Source: Limnochordia bacterium (GTDB lineage: Bacteria; Bacillota; Limnochordia; DUMW01). From it: DNA of 64,000 nt. Below are positions 48,050-57,670 of the stretch, piece by piece. Below the pieces are notes generated by a model. That model worked only from the letters and a program-made list of their open reading frames with translations. It was not told the DNA's origin and made no database searches. Each line of letters opens with the position of its first letter. Position 1 is the first letter of the stretch. The stretch spans positions 34,781 through 98,780 of the forward strand of contig JALNWK010000001.1 of NCBI GenBank assembly GCA_023230925.1, in the 5' to 3' direction. The translations under genes and the position numbers were made by a program.

Positions 48050-49735
48050 TTATTCCTTAACTAGTTGGAAGTAATCAAGGTTGAGGTAGTCTCTCTCCAC
48101 GGCGATCTTGATAGTGTGTTTACCAGCCGTTAGCGGAATACCACTCTTGACTGTAAACAGGTCGTATCTGTTCCAGTCGTTATATCCTGGAAATACGTAT
48201 AGAAACTCCTGTTCATTATCGATGGTAAAGATCCTTCCAGCATCGGACCAGGTGGAAGCAAATACATATAGCGTATAGTTGCCTGCCTGTCCTTGGGGAA
48301 TAGTAAACTCGTATTCGTAAAATCCATTGTTCCAACCGTGGGTGATTACGTTATCATCCATGCTTGGGGCGCCGTCACCGTGTCTGATGGCATTTTCAGC
48401 ACCAACTTTAACGGAAAAACTGGATTGGGCTATTTCGCTTGCCTTTTCCGCTGCCTTCATGCCGAAGGGGTCCTTCCATCCATCGTCCAAGGCTTTTTGG
48501 GCATTTTGCGCCGCTTGGGCCAGGACTTCGTCCGGGGATTTATCCCCTTGGGCAATGGCACCATCCACACCAAAAATGGCTCCATAGAACGCGTCGCCGA
48601 AGGGTGTAACAGGACGGAAGGTCGTGTAGTCCATGAGGTACACAAAGGTTTCCATTTCGGGGACTGCACTAAGGAACTCATAGGATGTTGCCGCGGAGCG
48701 TAGGGCAGGCAGCCATCCTTGGGAGCCGATTCCAAGGGTGACTTGGGCCTCGTGACTGGTATAGAACTTGATGAATTCCCATGCTGCTTCCAGTTCCTCA
48801 TCGGAGATCCCTGTGGGTATGGCAAAGGCATGACCACCGGACCAGGTAATTGGTGTGTCCTCAAGACCTGCCGGACGGGGTGGAGGAGCTACACGCCATT
48901 CTAGACCGGGGTTCTCATCGAGTACAGGACCAGCAAAGAAACAGCCGTCGATTACCATGCCTGCGGAGCCGCCGATGAAACCACCGCCAGCATCCCATGC
49001 TGCACCAATGACCCCATCTCCTCCGTATCGACTAATGAAATCAGCCAGCCAGTTTACGGCTTTACGTCCCGCGGGACTGTTGATTAGTGCTGTTTGCCCG
49101 GATTCATCAAGGACCTCACCGCCAGCGGCCCATAGCCATCCTAGGAATGACCAGTTGCCCCGGGTGGGGCTAAAGCCAACGCGTTTTAGCTCACTGCCAT
49201 CATAGAAGTCTAATTTCTTACTGTATTCCTCTAAGTCTTCCCAAGTTTTTGGTGGTTTGCGCGGGTCTAGACCACAGGCGTGGAAAAGATCTACATTGTA
49301 GTATAAAGCACGGTCGTCAATGGTCCAGGGAATAGCATAGACTTTCCCATCGAACATACTCTCAGCTGTTGCTGCTGGATAGAACTCATCGAAAGCAAGT
49401 CCATCACGCTCAATAAGTCCATCCAGAGGCTGGAGCAGACCCATAAGGGCGTAGGCCCCCAGCTGATAGCGGTCGATCTTGACCACGGTGGGAGGCACAC
49501 CACCTGCAACTGCAACCGGCAACTTCTCCCGGACCTCCAGCTCATTGCCAATGACTTTGTAAACACCTTCGTACTCTTCGTTAAACTGTGTGATCAAGGG
49601 GGTCTCCACATTCTTTCCGGAAATACCGCCCCAAGTTCCCCAGTATTCAATGATAATGGGCTCTGCATACACGTAACTGGTTACCATTAGGATTGATGCG
49701 ATCGCGACTAGAAAGAAAGTTTGCAGTCTCTTCAT
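48050..49735 (-). CDS. Extracellular solute-binding protein (sugar ABC family 1) fused to a C-terminal CBM6/CBM35-like carbohydrate-binding module.
   Basis: Signal peptide MKRLQTFFLVAIASILMVTSYVYA with no lipobox Cys. An SBP_bac_1-like body of about 430 aa. The C-terminal roughly 130 aa (GNYTLYVFASTW...KSGIPLTAGKHTIKIA...LNLDYFQL) resemble a CBM6-type beta-sandwich. RBS AGGAGG upstream. Confidence 0.7.
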   Translation of the reverse strand: MKRLQTFFLVAIASILMVTSYVYAEPIIIEYWGTWGGISGKNVETPLITQFNEEYEGVYKVIGNELEVREKLPVAVAGGVPPTVVKIDRYQLGAYALMGLLQPLDGLIERDGLAFDEFYPAATAESMFDGKVYAIPWTIDDRALYYNVDLFHACGLDPRKPPKTWEDLEEYSKKLDFYDGSELKRVGFSPTRGNWSFLGWLWAAGGEVLDESGQTALINSPAGRKAVNWLADFISRYGGDGVIGAAWDAGGGFIGGSAGMVIDGCFFAGPVLDENPGLEWRVAPPPRPAGLEDTPITWSGGHAFAIPTGISDEELEAAWEFIKFYTSHEAQVTLGIGSQGWLPALRSAATSYEFLSAVPEMETFVYLMDYTTFRPVTPFGDAFYGAIFGVDGAIAQGDKSPDEVLAQAAQNAQKALDDGWKDPFGMKAAEKASEIAQSSFSVKVGAENAIRHGDGAPSMDDNVITHGWNNGFYEYEFTIPQGQAGNYTLYVFASTWSDAGRIFTIDNEQEFLYVFPGYNDWNRYDLFTVKSGIPLTAGKHTIKIAVERDYLNLDYFQLVKE

Positions 49736-49824
49736 GATTCTTACACTCCTCCTCATTCTTAGTCTTGATTACCTACCCCAAATGATTAGATTTAGATAGC
49801 CTCCTCCTTCCATAGTACGAGCTG

Positions 49825-50922
49825 TCATTTAGCGGGAACCAACTGTGCAGCTAGATTGAGAGTCATTACCGCCGAGGCATTTTCCAGGCTTTCAATACGG
49901 CTTTCTTTAGGGGGTCCGGCCCATCCTGAACCGAATAACCCTTGGGAATTGCGGCTCTTGTTCCAGATCGACTCTGCATTCTTCAAAACGAAATCCACAT
50001 ACTTCTCTGGATGGGGGTCCACCCTAATTAGTTCCACCAGATAGCGGATGCAAATTCCTTTAAACCCACCGCCATCCCCGGTTCCGTCTTCCTTAAAGAT
50101 GCCGTTGGTATTTGTCAAGTACTGCATTGAAGCATCAGCCACAAGCCGGGCGTCCTCTAAGTAATGCTCTTCTCCGGTAAGCTTGTATAGCCATACAGCG
50201 GCTCCAATGAAGGTACCTTGGTTATACGTAAAGGTCCAGTAATTAACCCCTGCCTTTGTTACATGGTCCCAAATCAGGCCCTTGGGAGAGAGTAAATTAG
50301 CACGAACCCACTTGTATAGGTCAATGGCCATTAGTAGATCCGTAGGATCCTGGTTGATCTCATACATGCGAGCAGCAATTATTGCCGCAGGGCAATTGAT
50401 ACAGGCGTTCTTCTCTGTCTTTCGATCCTTTCGCCACCATATACCTCCACCAAAGTCCTCTGTCCATCCATTCTTGATGTCACTCCACAGAGAGTTGGCC
50501 ATTCGTAGGTATTTCTGATTGTTAGTGATTTTATAGGCGCGGATGCATCCTAGTGCCCACCACGCTTCATCGTCATAGAATTGGTTCCTGAAGGTGGGAG
50601 TACGGCTACGTTGTCCGGCGTATACCCGTTCCATTATTTCTAGCCACTTTTCATTTTTTCCCTCAGTTCGTTCTACCCCATCCATGACAGCATCCCACAC
50701 TTGGGCGAGCCACCAAAAGTCCGTCCAACCTGAACGGTCGCTATACTTGTGGAAATGCAGTTGTTCATCATTCCAAAACCCGTCGATCATAGCATCGAGA
50801 GCCTCGTCGGCCGCTTGATGCAAATACTCCATGTCCCTTCCCTCCGTCGGTACGGGCAAGCCCATTGAGGCTATCCCGCAGATGATTAGAGCTAAGACCA
50901 TAGCTTTGTTAATGAGCGACAA
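49825..50922 (-). CDS. Glycoside hydrolase family 76 (alpha-1,6-mannanase-like).
   Basis: YDDEAWWALGCIRAY, GGGIWW and NACINCPAAI motifs characteristic of GH76. TTG start with GGAGGAGGAG RBS. N-terminal signal MSLINKAMVLALIICG, possibly a lipoprotein. Confidence 0.7.
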   Translation of the reverse strand: MSLINKAMVLALIICGIASMGLPVPTEGRDMEYLHQAADEALDAMIDGFWNDEQLHFHKYSDRSGWTDFWWLAQVWDAVMDGVERTEGKNEKWLEIMERVYAGQRSRTPTFRNQFYDDEAWWALGCIRAYKITNNQKYLRMANSLWSDIKNGWTEDFGGGIWWRKDRKTEKNACINCPAAIIAARMYEINQDPTDLLMAIDLYKWVRANLLSPKGLIWDHVTKAGVNYWTFTYNQGTFIGAAVWLYKLTGEEHYLEDARLVADASMQYLTNTNGIFKEDGTGDGGGFKGICIRYLVELIRVDPHPEKYVDFVLKNAESIWNKSRNSQGLFGSGWAGPPKESRIESLENASAVMTLNLAAQLVPAK

Positions 50923-51212
50923 TACTCCTCCTCCTTTGTAGTGAAGTGTTCTTAAACGTTCACATGGTATACGTATAAATCGCATCATGTACTAAGTCCT
51001 AATAAGTGTATTCGTGATTTGGAAGACATATTCCTTCTTGTAAACGCAGGAACCTTGGATACGCATACATAAATGTCCAGGCGCTTGCCTAAGCATAGCC
51101 AAACCTCGAACAATAAAGAAACGACATCGGTCATAACAAGCCCCACATAATAAGGGGTTGATGTCACTCACGAAGCCAAAACAGTGGATATATGTATATT
51201 ACCCCCCTAGGA

Positions 51213-52229
51213 TTAAGGCAGATTGATCTCGATCCAATTGTCTACAGCCGAGACGATTCGTAGCTCGCCATCGATCAGGCCTGATGCGAAATGGTTCCAG
51301 TCCTCTGGGATCGAGACTGTGCTTGGAAAGTACTTTTGGCCTATCTGGCGAAAGGCACTATATCTTTGCCCAAAGGTTCTCACGAAAACTTGGCGGTGTT
51401 CAGTGGGGGTAATCTGCAAAGCGACAACGGGAAAACCATAGGTACCCACGGGCGCAGTGGTAGACCACACTTTAATTGCTTGGTTTCCATCATAATCATA
51501 GACTGCTACCTGGTCGCCATCTTCTGTTGCCAGTACTATCTGCTGCCCCGTCTGAGTCATGTTCCCAGCAGCGATGAGACCGGCAGGTAGATCTAGAGCT
51601 GACTCTTTTGTGAACCCAGGATGGTCATATTCATAGGCAAAGGTCCCATCTGGACGTGAGGAAATCAGTCGATAGGCATTGTCGATCTCCAAAAGGGCCA
51701 TGCCCGAGATAGGTTGAGGGATTTCCTTGGTCCAGATCGGCCTTAACTGCATATCCTCGGTATTGTAGATTTGGATAAAACCTGTCTTAGTACCAATAAT
51801 GCCACCAATAATGAGCTCCATGATTGTGGAATGCTCTAGACAAGCGATAGCAAGACCCGTAGGCACACCGATACAGGGAGTCCGCGATCGAATAGCTAGC
51901 TGGTTGTCCGAGAGTTCTAATACAAAAAGCTCACTATCGGTGGCGGCTGCAATAAGGGTATGTTTGGTTCCCTGCCAGGGTGGAGAAACAAAGAGGAAGG
52001 GCTTTCCCACCTTTGGTCCTCGGATCACAGTGGCAAAGGGTCCTGCTTGTTCCTTAAGGGTTTCGTTTTCAAAGACTAGTCTGTCTTGTTTTATGATCAG
52101 TTGCTGGTTCTGCTGCCTTAGCTCAACTAGTTCTTGTTCTAATGAAGCGCTCTTGTTTAGCAGATACCAATTACCGCCGACTAGAAGGATAAGCAGAGCA
52201 ACCAAGAGTACCGCACCGGCTTTGTGCAC
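51213..52229 (-). CDS. Hypothetical N-terminally anchored protein with a coiled-coil and an extracytoplasmic beta-rich domain.
   Basis: GTG start with AGGGAGG 9 nt upstream. TM AVLLVALLILLVGG, coiled coil SLEQELVELRQQNQQLIIKQDRLVFENETLKEQ, then about 250 aa with no recognisable motifs. Confidence 0.45.
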   Translation of the reverse strand: MHKAGAVLLVALLILLVGGNWYLLNKSASLEQELVELRQQNQQLIIKQDRLVFENETLKEQAGPFATVIRGPKVGKPFLFVSPPWQGTKHTLIAAATDSELFVLELSDNQLAIRSRTPCIGVPTGLAIACLEHSTIMELIIGGIIGTKTGFIQIYNTEDMQLRPIWTKEIPQPISGMALLEIDNAYRLISSRPDGTFAYEYDHPGFTKESALDLPAGLIAAGNMTQTGQQIVLATEDGDQVAVYDYDGNQAIKVWSTTAPVGTYGFPVVALQITPTEHRQVFVRTFGQRYSAFRQIGQKYFPSTVSIPEDWNHFASGLIDGELRIVSAVDNWIEINLP

Positions 52230-52354
52230 AGGATTTTTCCTCCCTTGGTAGATAGTATGCCTCGATTGCGGTAGAATATAGTTATGTAAGCAAGAACCTA
52301 AGCAGGATTTTCTGTGAATCATACGAAATATGCCATTGTATATGGAGGGGTACT

Positions 52355-53155
52355 ATGGACTGCTCAGATAAGAAAAAGTCTGTCGTAATCGGGGTTAGTC
52401 TCCTACTGCTGATCATGTTTGTCAGCCCTTCCTTCGCCCAGCAATTACCACATCTTCCCTATGGGATGACCTTTGTCTATGAGGTACAGGATGAAGATGC
52501 TGATCACGGGCGCATTATTTTGGAGTTTGGCTGGCCTTGTTACGAAGAAAGAACAAACGTTTATTATCTTCAAGTGATCTGGGAAGAACAGCAGAGTACC
52601 TGGAACCAGTGGTCCGCCCGGCAGCGGACAGTCATCGATTTAGATACCTTAGTCCCTCTGATTTATCACCAACAGGAAAAGACCGCTGACACAGCCTATA
52701 GTATTTGTTTTGTATTTGATCGATCCCAGCAGAGGGTATTGTTCTATGAGGATGAAGGCGGTCCTAAGGAATTAGTATGGATTAAGCAGTGGGACTTGGA
52801 CTTCCTATCCGTGTTATGCAGGATTATTTCCAACGAGAACTGCCCAGAGGCGGCCGGGGTAGTCAACCTTCTTGCCCGGGGGGATATGTGGTACGCGGAA
52901 GATGGACCCAGTATCCTCAATCTACCGGTAGGAACTTACCTCGCATCGTCTATTCGGTTAGAGGGGAATCAAGGGACAGAGACCATTTGGGTATGCGGGG
53001 AAGATCGTAGGCCCCTTCAGTTTGAACTGAGCACTCCTTGGAGGAAGTATACAGCTAGATTGGTATCCTTTAGCCAAAGGCAAATGCAGTATCGAACTAT
53101 CTTGGAGCGGGCTGGCAAAGATGAATCTAAGGTCCCTGTGGGCCATTGGAGATGA
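52355..53155 (+). CDS. Hypothetical secreted protein.
   Basis: Signal peptide KKSVVIGVSLLLLIMFVSPSFAQQ. 266 aa with no recognised domain. Divergent from the previous gene. Confidence 0.45.
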   Translation: MDCSDKKKSVVIGVSLLLLIMFVSPSFAQQLPHLPYGMTFVYEVQDEDADHGRIILEFGWPCYEERTNVYYLQVIWEEQQSTWNQWSARQRTVIDLDTLVPLIYHQQEKTADTAYSICFVFDRSQQRVLFYEDEGGPKELVWIKQWDLDFLSVLCRIISNENCPEAAGVVNLLARGDMWYAEDGPSILNLPVGTYLASSIRLEGNQGTETIWVCGEDRRPLQFELSTPWRKYTARLVSFSQRQMQYRTILERAGKDESKVPVGHWR

Positions 53156-54357
53156 GACTATTGAAAATAGCATATGTAGACTGTTTCTCGGGAGCGAGCG
53201 GAGATATGTTCTTGGGTGCCTTGTTTCAGCTGGGATATTCGCCGGAACAATTGCGCAAGGACTTAGCTGGTGTGAATGTTCATGGCTATGAAGTGGGGCT
53301 GGAAACCAGGGTTGTATCTGGTATTTCGAGCATAAAAGCAATCGTCGAAGCCGAAGAAGAGCACGTACATCGACATTTAGAGGACATTGTTCACCTGATT
53401 CGAGAAAGTGACCTTAAGGAGACAATCAAGGCGAAGGGGATCGAGCTTTTTACACGGCTAGCTACGGCGGAGGCGAAGGTCCATCATACTACTTTAGATA
53501 AAGTCCATTTCCACGAGGTGGGGGCAGTGGATTCCATCGTCGACATTCTTGGCACCCTCTGCGGTATTGATTACCTACAGATCGAAGAAATGTACTGCGG
53601 AAGTATTCCCCTAGGATGTGGCTTTGTGGAATGCCAACACGGTACCATACCTGTACCGGCACCAGCTACCCTGGAATTACTCAAAGGTTATCCGGTTTAT
53701 CAGACGGACATTGAAGCGGAACTAGTGACCCCCACCGGAGCACTATTACTTACATCTTTATGCAAGTTCGAAGCACCACCCCACATGCGCATTACCCACA
53801 TTGGGTATGGTGCCGGAACTAGGGTACTAGAGTCTCCTAACTTACTGCGGCTTTACTTGGGTGAGAAGGCCTCTCCAATCCAGTGGCATGACCTTCCGGG
53901 GGAAGGATCCTCTGTTGTTGCAGTGGAAGTGACCATCGATGATATGAATCCTGAGTTTTATGAGTATGTACTTATTAAGTTACAGGAGGCCGGCGCTCTG
54001 GAAGCTTTCTTGACTCCGATCATGGCCAAGAAAAGTCGCCCTGCCACTCTGCTTACAGTAATTGCATCTCCCTCTAACGTCGAATCCATTTTGCAGGTAA
54101 TGTTTCGGGAGACAACAACTCTAGGTGTTAGGCTTCGCCAAGAGAAAATGTATGGACTATCCGCGGAGAAACTAAGGGTGGATATGGACGTTCATCACAT
54201 CGGTGTTAAGATTGCGCGTATTGGACAGGAGGTAGTCAATATTGCCCCTGAGTATGAGGAATGTAAGCAGGTAGCACAGGCCCTTGGTTTACCTTTGAAG
54301 GATGTCTATGATGGAGCTAAGGAGAAGGCCCGCAAGAAGATTGCCGAACTGAACTAG
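53146..54357 (+). CDS. larC: LarC-family nickel-insertion protein (DUF111) for the nickel-pincer nucleotide cofactor.
   Basis: LKIAYVDCFSGASGDMFLGAL N-terminus characteristic of LarC/DUF111. 403 aa. Confidence 0.75.
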   Translation: MEMRLLKIAYVDCFSGASGDMFLGALFQLGYSPEQLRKDLAGVNVHGYEVGLETRVVSGISSIKAIVEAEEEHVHRHLEDIVHLIRESDLKETIKAKGIELFTRLATAEAKVHHTTLDKVHFHEVGAVDSIVDILGTLCGIDYLQIEEMYCGSIPLGCGFVECQHGTIPVPAPATLELLKGYPVYQTDIEAELVTPTGALLLTSLCKFEAPPHMRITHIGYGAGTRVLESPNLLRLYLGEKASPIQWHDLPGEGSSVVAVEVTIDDMNPEFYEYVLIKLQEAGALEAFLTPIMAKKSRPATLLTVIASPSNVESILQVMFRETTTLGVRLRQEKMYGLSAEKLRVDMDVHHIGVKIARIGQEVVNIAPEYEECKQVAQALGLPLKDVYDGAKEKARKKIAELN

Positions 54358-54371
54358 TGGGAGGACCTAAT

Positions 54372-56771
54372 TTGCCAATTAAAAAGTTGACGAAAGATGA
54401 TTTGCGTGCATGCTGCAATATGGAGCAGCTCAGGTTTGAAACAACAAAGGACGTACCACAGCTACAAGGGATCATTGGTCAACCAAGGGCGGAACGAGCA
54501 ATGCAATTCGGGCTGCTCATGGAACGGGCCGGATACAACATTTTCGTATCAGGGATACCGGGGTTGGGGAAAAACAGTTATGTTCGTGAAATGGTGAAAG
54601 AGGTAGCGGCTAAAAAGTCCGTACCCCGGGACTGGTGTTATGTTTACAATTTTGACAAGCCCGATGAGCCTATTGCCTTGGATTTTCCACCGGGAGGCGG
54701 AACGGAATTTGCTACCTGGGTGCGGGAACTAGTAGATAGCCTGCAGGAACAGATTATGCAGGCCTTTGAAGGAGAGGAATACGCAAAAAGGAAAGCTGCC
54801 CTTTTGGAAGACTTTACGAAGGAAAGCCAACAACTTTTTGTAGATTTGGAGAGCTTTGCCCAAGAGCGGGGCTTTGTATTGAAACGATCCAACGCAGGGC
54901 TATCTGCGATTCCTGTTGTAGATGGTCAACCAGTGGACTCCGAAGAGATGCTCAAACTAGATGATGATCTTAAGCGCAGACTTGAGTCTAGACATAAGGA
55001 ACTACAGGAGCATATGTCCGAGACGATTCGCAAGATGCGCTGTCTGGAAAAAGAGGCAAAAAAGCAGGTGGATAGACTAGAAAAGACTGTGGTGGAGGAT
55101 ATTAGTCTCCAGCCCTTCTTGGACCTGAAGGAGAAATATGCCGATATCGCTCCGGTTCAGGAATATCTTAATCGAATGCAGGAGGAAATGATTGAAAACC
55201 TCGACGAGCTTAAAGATGACGAGCACGGAGGCTTACCAATTCCATGGCTGCGAAGGATGGGTCGTGAGGCGGGCCTTGCCAAGTATGAGGTTAATCTATT
55301 CATAGACAATAGTAACCGATCGGGAGCCCCAGTGGTTTTTGAGCCCAATCCCAATTACTATAATCTACAAGGGAAACTGGAATACCGAAGTGAGATGGGG
55401 ATGTTTGTCACCGATTTTCGCATGCTAAAGCCCGGTGCCATGCACCGGGCTAACGGGGGGTATCTGGTCTTACAAGCCCAGGATCTACTGAGTAACTATG
55501 TTGCTTGGGATGCTATCAAGCGGGTGCTGCGAAGTGGCTCAGTGATGATCGAAGGTATTAACGAACAGTTGGGACTGACACCTATGGCATCGCTAAAACC
55601 TCAGCCCATTCCCATTGATGTTAAAGTAATCTTAATTGGGAATCCGGCACTGTATTACCTACTGGAAAACTACGATGAGGATTTTGGAAAGCTATTTAAG
55701 GTTAAAGTGGATTTCGATACAGAAACCAATCGGGACAACGACAATGTGGAGAAGTACGTCTCACTAATTGCTACAATATGTCACAAAGATAACCTAAAGG
55801 ATTTCACGAAAGATGCAGTGGCCGAAGTTATCGAGTACAGTTCCAGGTTGGCTGCCCACAAAAGAAAGCTTAGTACCCAGTTTAACCAGGTCTTGGAGAC
55901 TATTTATGAGGCCGATGCTTGGGCAGCAGCAGACCGAAGTGAACATGTGGAAAGAAAACATGTCCAACGAGCCATTGCCGAACGGCGATACCGGGCCAGC
56001 CTCTATGAAGAAAAGATCCAGGAATTAATCAACGATGGTAGTATCCTGATTGATACCGAAGGGAAAGAGGTTGGACAGGTCAACGGTCTTGCGGTCATTG
56101 ATCTAGGGGACTATATGTTTGGTAAGCCAAGTCGAATTACTGCTGAGACGTTTGTAGGTGAAGAGGGTGTCATCAACATTGAGCGGGAGGCAAGACTAGA
56201 CGGACGCATCCACAACAAGGGTGTGTTAATCCTAAGCGGCTACCTAGCCGGTCAATACGCTAGGGAATACCCACTATCATTATCTGCCACCCTTTGTTTT
56301 GAGCAAAGCTATGATGGAGTGGATGGTGATAGTGCTTCCAGTGCTGAGCTTTATGCTTTGCTCTCTAGTTTAGCGGGAGTGCCAGTCAATCAAAGCCTGG
56401 CAGTAACTGGTTCCATCAACCAAAAGGGTGAGGTTCAACCCGTGGGGGCGATCAACGAGAAAATCGAAGGCTTTTTCGCGGTGTGCAAAGCTAGAGGTCT
56501 TACGGGTGATCAGGGTGTGGTTATTCCCCACCGGAACATGGATAACTTAATGCTATGCCAAGAAGTTGTTGGTGCCGTGGAAGAGGGATTGTTTCACATC
56601 TATGCGGTGGAGCATGTCAACGAAGGTATCGAACTGGTCACTGGCGTACCTGCAGGTAAACGTCGAACTGATGGTACCTATGAAAAGGGAACGATTAACT
56701 ATCTCGTGGAGAAGAAGCTGGCCCAAATGGCCAAAAATTTGTCAGCTTTCAAAGAAGATGTGGACGGCTAG
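54372..56771 (+). CDS. Lon-related ATP-dependent protease (COG1067/LonB-like) with AAA+ ATPase and a C-terminal S16 Ser-Lys protease domain.
   Basis: Walker A GIPGLGKNS, and C-terminal DGDSASSAELYALLS (catalytic Ser) with a downstream Lys. TTG 54372 with GGGAGG 7 nt upstream is preferred over the track GTG 54357. Confidence 0.8.
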   Translation: MPIKKLTKDDLRACCNMEQLRFETTKDVPQLQGIIGQPRAERAMQFGLLMERAGYNIFVSGIPGLGKNSYVREMVKEVAAKKSVPRDWCYVYNFDKPDEPIALDFPPGGGTEFATWVRELVDSLQEQIMQAFEGEEYAKRKAALLEDFTKESQQLFVDLESFAQERGFVLKRSNAGLSAIPVVDGQPVDSEEMLKLDDDLKRRLESRHKELQEHMSETIRKMRCLEKEAKKQVDRLEKTVVEDISLQPFLDLKEKYADIAPVQEYLNRMQEEMIENLDELKDDEHGGLPIPWLRRMGREAGLAKYEVNLFIDNSNRSGAPVVFEPNPNYYNLQGKLEYRSEMGMFVTDFRMLKPGAMHRANGGYLVLQAQDLLSNYVAWDAIKRVLRSGSVMIEGINEQLGLTPMASLKPQPIPIDVKVILIGNPALYYLLENYDEDFGKLFKVKVDFDTETNRDNDNVEKYVSLIATICHKDNLKDFTKDAVAEVIEYSSRLAAHKRKLSTQFNQVLETIYEADAWAAADRSEHVERKHVQRAIAERRYRASLYEEKIQELINDGSILIDTEGKEVGQVNGLAVIDLGDYMFGKPSRITAETFVGEEGVINIEREARLDGRIHNKGVLILSGYLAGQYAREYPLSLSATLCFEQSYDGVDGDSASSAELYALLSSLAGVPVNQSLAVTGSINQKGEVQPVGAINEKIEGFFAVCKARGLTGDQGVVIPHRNMDNLMLCQEVVGAVEEGLFHIYAVEHVNEGIELVTGVPAGKRRTDGTYEKGTINYLVEKKLAQMAKNLSAFKEDVDG

Positions 56772-56788
56772 AGAAGGGAGGAAGGATC

Positions 56789-57547
56789 ATGTCTCGGATT
56801 ATTGCTGTGGCAAATCAAAAGGGGGGTGTTGGTAAGACTACGTCTACCCTGAATCTAGGTGCGGCACTTGCGGAAATGGGTAAGCGCGTACTATTTGTGG
56901 ACTTAGATCCCCAAGGTGGCCTTACGGTCTCTTGTGGATATGAACCGGATACACTACCTAAGACGATCTACAACGCAATGATGCGCGGGCTCGATGCTAA
57001 GGAAATCATGTTGACCACCGAGTTTGGACCCGATCTTCTTCCGGCCAATATTGATCTGTCATTAGCTGAAATGGATTTAATTGGCACAGTCTCTAGGGAA
57101 AGGCGCTTAGGAATCGTGTTACGTGAGGTGCGGGATAACTACGACTTTATTTTAATAGACTGCCAGCCCACATTGGGCCTCTTAACATTGAATGCCCTTG
57201 CGGTTGCCGATGAGATGCTCATTCCCGTTGCCTGCGAATTCCTGGCACTGCGGGGGGTCAAGGCCTTGTTAAAAATGTATGGCAAGGTTCGGCTACAGTT
57301 GAACAGTAAGTTGAAAATCGTGGGTATACTACCAACGATGTATGATGAACGAACAAGGCACTCCAAATCGGTTCTTGAGGAGATCAATACCACCTTTGAT
57401 GGCAAGATACCTGTATTTGATGTAGTGATCAAAAGGAGCATCCGTTTTGCTGAAGCAGCCCAAGCAGGCCAACCGATTATGATTTATGCTAAGCGGGTAG
57501 AGGGGGCTAGTGCTTATCGGAAGTTGGCGGAGATCTTGACTGCTTAG
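56789..57547 (+). CDS. ParA/Soj/MinD-family ATPase, orphan with no adjacent parB.
   Basis: Deviant Walker A NQKGGVGKTT, 252 aa. Confidence 0.8.
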   Translation: MSRIIAVANQKGGVGKTTSTLNLGAALAEMGKRVLFVDLDPQGGLTVSCGYEPDTLPKTIYNAMMRGLDAKEIMLTTEFGPDLLPANIDLSLAEMDLIGTVSRERRLGIVLREVRDNYDFILIDCQPTLGLLTLNALAVADEMLIPVACEFLALRGVKALLKMYGKVRLQLNSKLKIVGILPTMYDERTRHSKSVLEEINTTFDGKIPVFDVVIKRSIRFAEAAQAGQPIMIYAKRVEGASAYRKLAEILTA

Positions 57548-57578
57548 TTATGGATGCAATAGATAGGCAAGCCCTCGG

Positions 57579-57608
57579 TTGACACCAAAGAAGCCTTATC
57601 TGTATAAT
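57579..57608 (+). promoter_or_regulatory. Sigma-A-type promoter for cysE-cysS.
   Basis: TTGACA (57579-57584), 18-nt spacer, TATAAT (57603-57608). Confidence 0.55.
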
Positions 57609-57670
57609 TAAGCAAAGATCTATCTATTTGAGCCTTAGATTACCTGTAACATGGAGTGAGGGGGCCCCGG

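Noticed and set aside
57548-57670. Possible T-box leader upstream of cysE-cysS, as in Bacillus subtilis.
   Set aside because: The leader is only about 120 nt and holds a simple promoter. There is no room for a specifier loop, T-box or antiterminator, and no T-box consensus (AATTAGGGTGGNACCGCG-like) is visible.
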